A stretch of DNA of 64,000 bases from an uncultured bacterium (lineage in GTDB: Bacteria; SAR324; NAC60-12), in the NCBI GenBank assembly GCA_965662235.1, contig CBFIGY010000010.1, positions 1 through 64,000 of the forward strand, read 5' to 3'. Positions 59,303 to 64,000 of this stretch are shown here, piece after piece (positions within the stretch are counted from its first letter, which is position 1; each line of letters starts with the position of its first letter). A model generated the notes under the pieces. That model did no database searches. It was not told the origin of the DNA and saw nothing but the letters and a program-made list of their open reading frames with translations. The translations under genes and the position numbers were made by a program.

Positions 59303-59315
59303 TAAGTAATTGATT
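59303..59315 (-). promoter_or_regulatory. IHF-binding consensus
   Basis: Minus strand AATCAATTACTTA is an exact match to WATCAANNNNTTR, inside an AT-rich tract between promoter and enhancer. Confidence 0.6.
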
Positions 59316-59338
59316 TTGTTATTCTAAAAATTAAGATG

Positions 59339-59364
59339 ACAAATTATTGCCAATAATTTGTGCA
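59339..59364. promoter_or_regulatory. Enhancer-like site: NtrC-like box overlapping a perfect palindrome
   Basis: TGCCAATAATTTGTGCA (59348-59364) resembles TGCACC-N5-GGTGCA. It overlaps ACAAATTATTG-C-CAATAATTTGT (59339-59361). Confidence 0.55.
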
Positions 59365-59541
59365 CGTGTTTTAGTCGATTTTTGAGGCGTTTGCTTGTTT
59401 TTTGGACGAAGGCTTTCTCCGGAGCAGACGGCTGGTCCAGCATTTGGGGACCGGCGGAGCGAGGGCCGCGCCTGAGGTTCACCCCCCAGCGTCTCTCGCC
59501 TTCCGTAACGGGGGATTCCGGATTCAAGGCGGGCTGGATGA

Positions 59542-61956
<2,415 letters not shown>

Positions 61957-62113
61957 AGCGAGGGCGAGGGGGGATTCTTGATTCGATGAGCCCGGTGAAG
62001 CTGATTTTGCGGGCCATTTATGACTGCTTCAACCGCCTGCTCTGCAGGCAGCAACGGAAGTCATCCGAGTTGAACAGGCGTAACTGAAAACCTAAATAAG
62101 GAAACAGAGGACC

Positions 62114-63097
62114 ATGAGAAACGTGAAAGTCGCAGTTACCGGCGCCGCCGGACAAATCGGTTACGCCATGCTCTTCCGCATTGCGTCCGGAGCCGTGTTT
62201 GGCCCCAACACCACCGTTGACCTGCAGCTCCTGGAGCTTGAGGCAGCCCTTCCGGCGCTTGAAGGCGTGAAGATGGAACTGGACGACTGCGCGTTCCCGC
62301 TTTTGAACAAAGTGGTGACCACATCCGATGCAAACGTGGCCTTCAAGGACACGGACTGGGTTCTGCTCGTGGGCGCTGCGCCTCGGAAGGCCGGCATGGA
62401 GCGCAACGACCTGCTCCGCATCAACGGCGGCATTTTCGTGGGTCAGGGCCAAGCGATCAACGAAAGCGCAGGAGACGACGTCCGCATCCTCGTGGTCGGC
62501 AATCCCTGCAACACCAACTGCCTCATTGCCATGAACAATGCCCCCCGGATTCCTCGGGACCGCTGGTTTGCCATGACGGCGTTGGACGAAAACCGGGCCA
62601 AGACTCAGCTGGCTCAGAAGGCCGGCGTTGCGGTGAAGGACGTCACCAACCTGACCATCTGGGGCAACCACAGCGCCACTCAGTATCCGGACTTCTTCAA
62701 TGCGAAGATTGGCGGAACCCCGGCGCCAGAGGTGATCAGCGACCATGAGTGGCTCAAGGGCGACTTCATTTCCACCGTACAGCAACGCGGTGCCGCCATC
62801 ATCAAGGCCCGCGGCGCGTCCTCTGCTGCTTCGGCCGCCAATGCGGCTCTGGATACCGTGATGCGCATGGAAAATCCCACTGCGGCGGGCGACTGGTTCA
62901 GCACCGGGGTTCCCAGCGATGGCAGCTATGGCATTCCGGAAGGACTGATCTTCAGCTATCCGCTGGTCAGTAAGGGAGGAAGTCAGTGGGAGATCGTCCA
63001 AGACGTTCCCGTCAACGACTTTGCTCAGGAAAAAATCAACGCGACCCAAGCCGAGTTGGAAGGGGAGCGTGAAGCCGTTAAAGACATGCTAGGGTAA
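62114..63097 (+). CDS. mdh: Malate dehydrogenase (type 2, cytosolic-like)
   Basis: [44 protein letters not shown] and SSAASAANA. Confidence 0.97.
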   Translation: MRNVKVAVTGAAGQIGYAMLFRIASGAVFGPNTTVDLQLLELEAALPALEGVKMELDDCAFPLLNKVVTTSDANVAFKDTDWVLLVGAAPRKAGMERNDLLRINGGIFVGQGQAINESAGDDVRILVVGNPCNTNCLIAMNNAPRIPRDRWFAMTALDENRAKTQLAQKAGVAVKDVTNLTIWGNHSATQYPDFFNAKIGGTPAPEVISDHEWLKGDFISTVQQRGAAIIKARGASSAASAANAALDTVMRMENPTAAGDWFSTGVPSDGSYGIPEGLIFSYPLVSKGGSQWEIVQDVPVNDFAQEKINATQAELEGEREAVKDMLG

Positions 63098-63103
63098 AGC
63101 TTC

Positions 63104-64000
63104 ATGAAAATTCACGAATATCAAGCGAAGCAGGTTCTGGCTCAGTACGGAGTCACCATTCCCCGAGGAAAGGTCGCTCAGACCCCTGAAGAGGCGGTTG
63201 CCGCTGCTCAGGAATTGGGCACCGAGGTGTGTGTCGTCAAGGCCCAGATCCATGCAGGTGGCCGCGGAAAAGGCGGTGGGGTGAAGGTCTCAAAGGGACT
63301 GGATGCGGTTCGAGAGAACGCCGAACAGATCATCGGCATGCAGCTGGTCACGCACCAAACCGGTCCGGCAGGGCAGAAGGTCAAGCAGGTCCTGGTTGAA
63401 GAGGGCATGGACATTGTGAAGGAGCTCTACTGCTCCGTGCTCGTGGACCGCGGGCAGCAACGGGTGGTCATCCTCGCCTCCACGGAGGGAGGAATGGACA
63501 TTGAAGAGGTTGCAGCAAAGACGCCGGAGAAGATCCTCAAGGTGTTTGTGGACCCGACCATTGGTCTGCGCCCGTTCCAGACGATGGAGCTGGCGTATGG
63601 CTTGGAGATTGACAAGATCAATCCAAAGCTGATTCGTCCGGCAGCGGCCCTGTTTCAGTCCCTCTATGATGCCTTTGTCGCAGAAGACTGCTCCTTGGTG
63701 GAGATCAATCCGCTTGTGCTCACAGGAGACGGACGGGTGATTGCTCTGGATTCCAAAGTCACCTTTGATGACAATGCCCTCTTCCGGCACAAAGCAACCC
63801 TGGAGTTGCGGGATCCGGATGAAGAGGATCCTCTGGAAATCGAGGCAGCAGAGTCCAACCTCAACTACATCAAACTAGATGGCACCATTGGCTGCATGGT
63901 CAACGGAGCCGGACTGGCGATGGGGACGATGGACATCATCAAGGCTTATGGCGGTGAGCCCGCCAACTTCCTGGACGTCGGAGGCACGGCGACTCAGGAG
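63104..64000 (+). CDS. sucC: Succinyl-CoA ligase beta subunit (partial, runs off the window end)
   Basis: Translated from ATG 63104: MKIHEYQAK..., [49 protein letters not shown] and PANFLDVGG. Confidence 0.96.
   Translation, partial: MKIHEYQAKQVLAQYGVTIPRGKVAQTPEEAVAAAQELGTEVCVVKAQIHAGGRGKGGGVKVSKGLDAVRENAEQIIGMQLVTHQTGPAGQKVKQVLVEEGMDIVKELYCSVLVDRGQQRVVILASTEGGMDIEEVAAKTPEKILKVFVDPTIGLRPFQTMELAYGLEIDKINPKLIRPAAALFQSLYDAFVAEDCSLVEINPLVLTGDGRVIALDSKVTFDDNALFRHKATLELRDPDEEDPLEIEAAESNLNYIKLDGTIGCMVNGAGLAMGTMDIIKAYGGEPANFLDVGGTATQE

Overview
A 64 kb, gene-dense window of high-GC (about 60%, by eye) bacterial chromosome. The gene content (monomeric IDH, stand-alone fliG and gspE, a TerB-DUF2225 protein, many secreted hypothetical proteins) suggests a deltaproteobacteria-like lineage such as SAR324; this is inference only. 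Most genes are housekeeping: ftsW, tal, fadA, fliG, a trpC-like gene, ispB, gspE, selB, rraA, rpsU, coaD, mutS, prmC, sseA, amtB, icd, mdh and a partial sucC. There is also an AraC-nanA-ABC-AGE epimerase locus for sialic acid use. No rRNA, tRNA, CRISPR array, IS element or integrase was recognised. Main observations: (1) an unannotated SelW/Rdx-family selenoprotein gene (CxxU, in-frame UGA, SECIS-like hairpin) about 3 kb from selB; (2) the family-5 solute-binding protein of the nan locus appears circularly permuted; (3) the palindrome TCCGGA is strongly over-represented; (4) a CsoR-type metal sensor is translationally coupled to an L,D-transpeptidase, followed by a His-tailed membrane protein; (5) several small proteins: a SutA-like protein, a phasin-like protein that is 19% Met, and a 49-aa ORF after selB; (6) a full sigma54/IHF/enhancer promoter layout upstream of an amtB that has no glnK. 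All protein family calls come from motif recognition by eye, not database searches.
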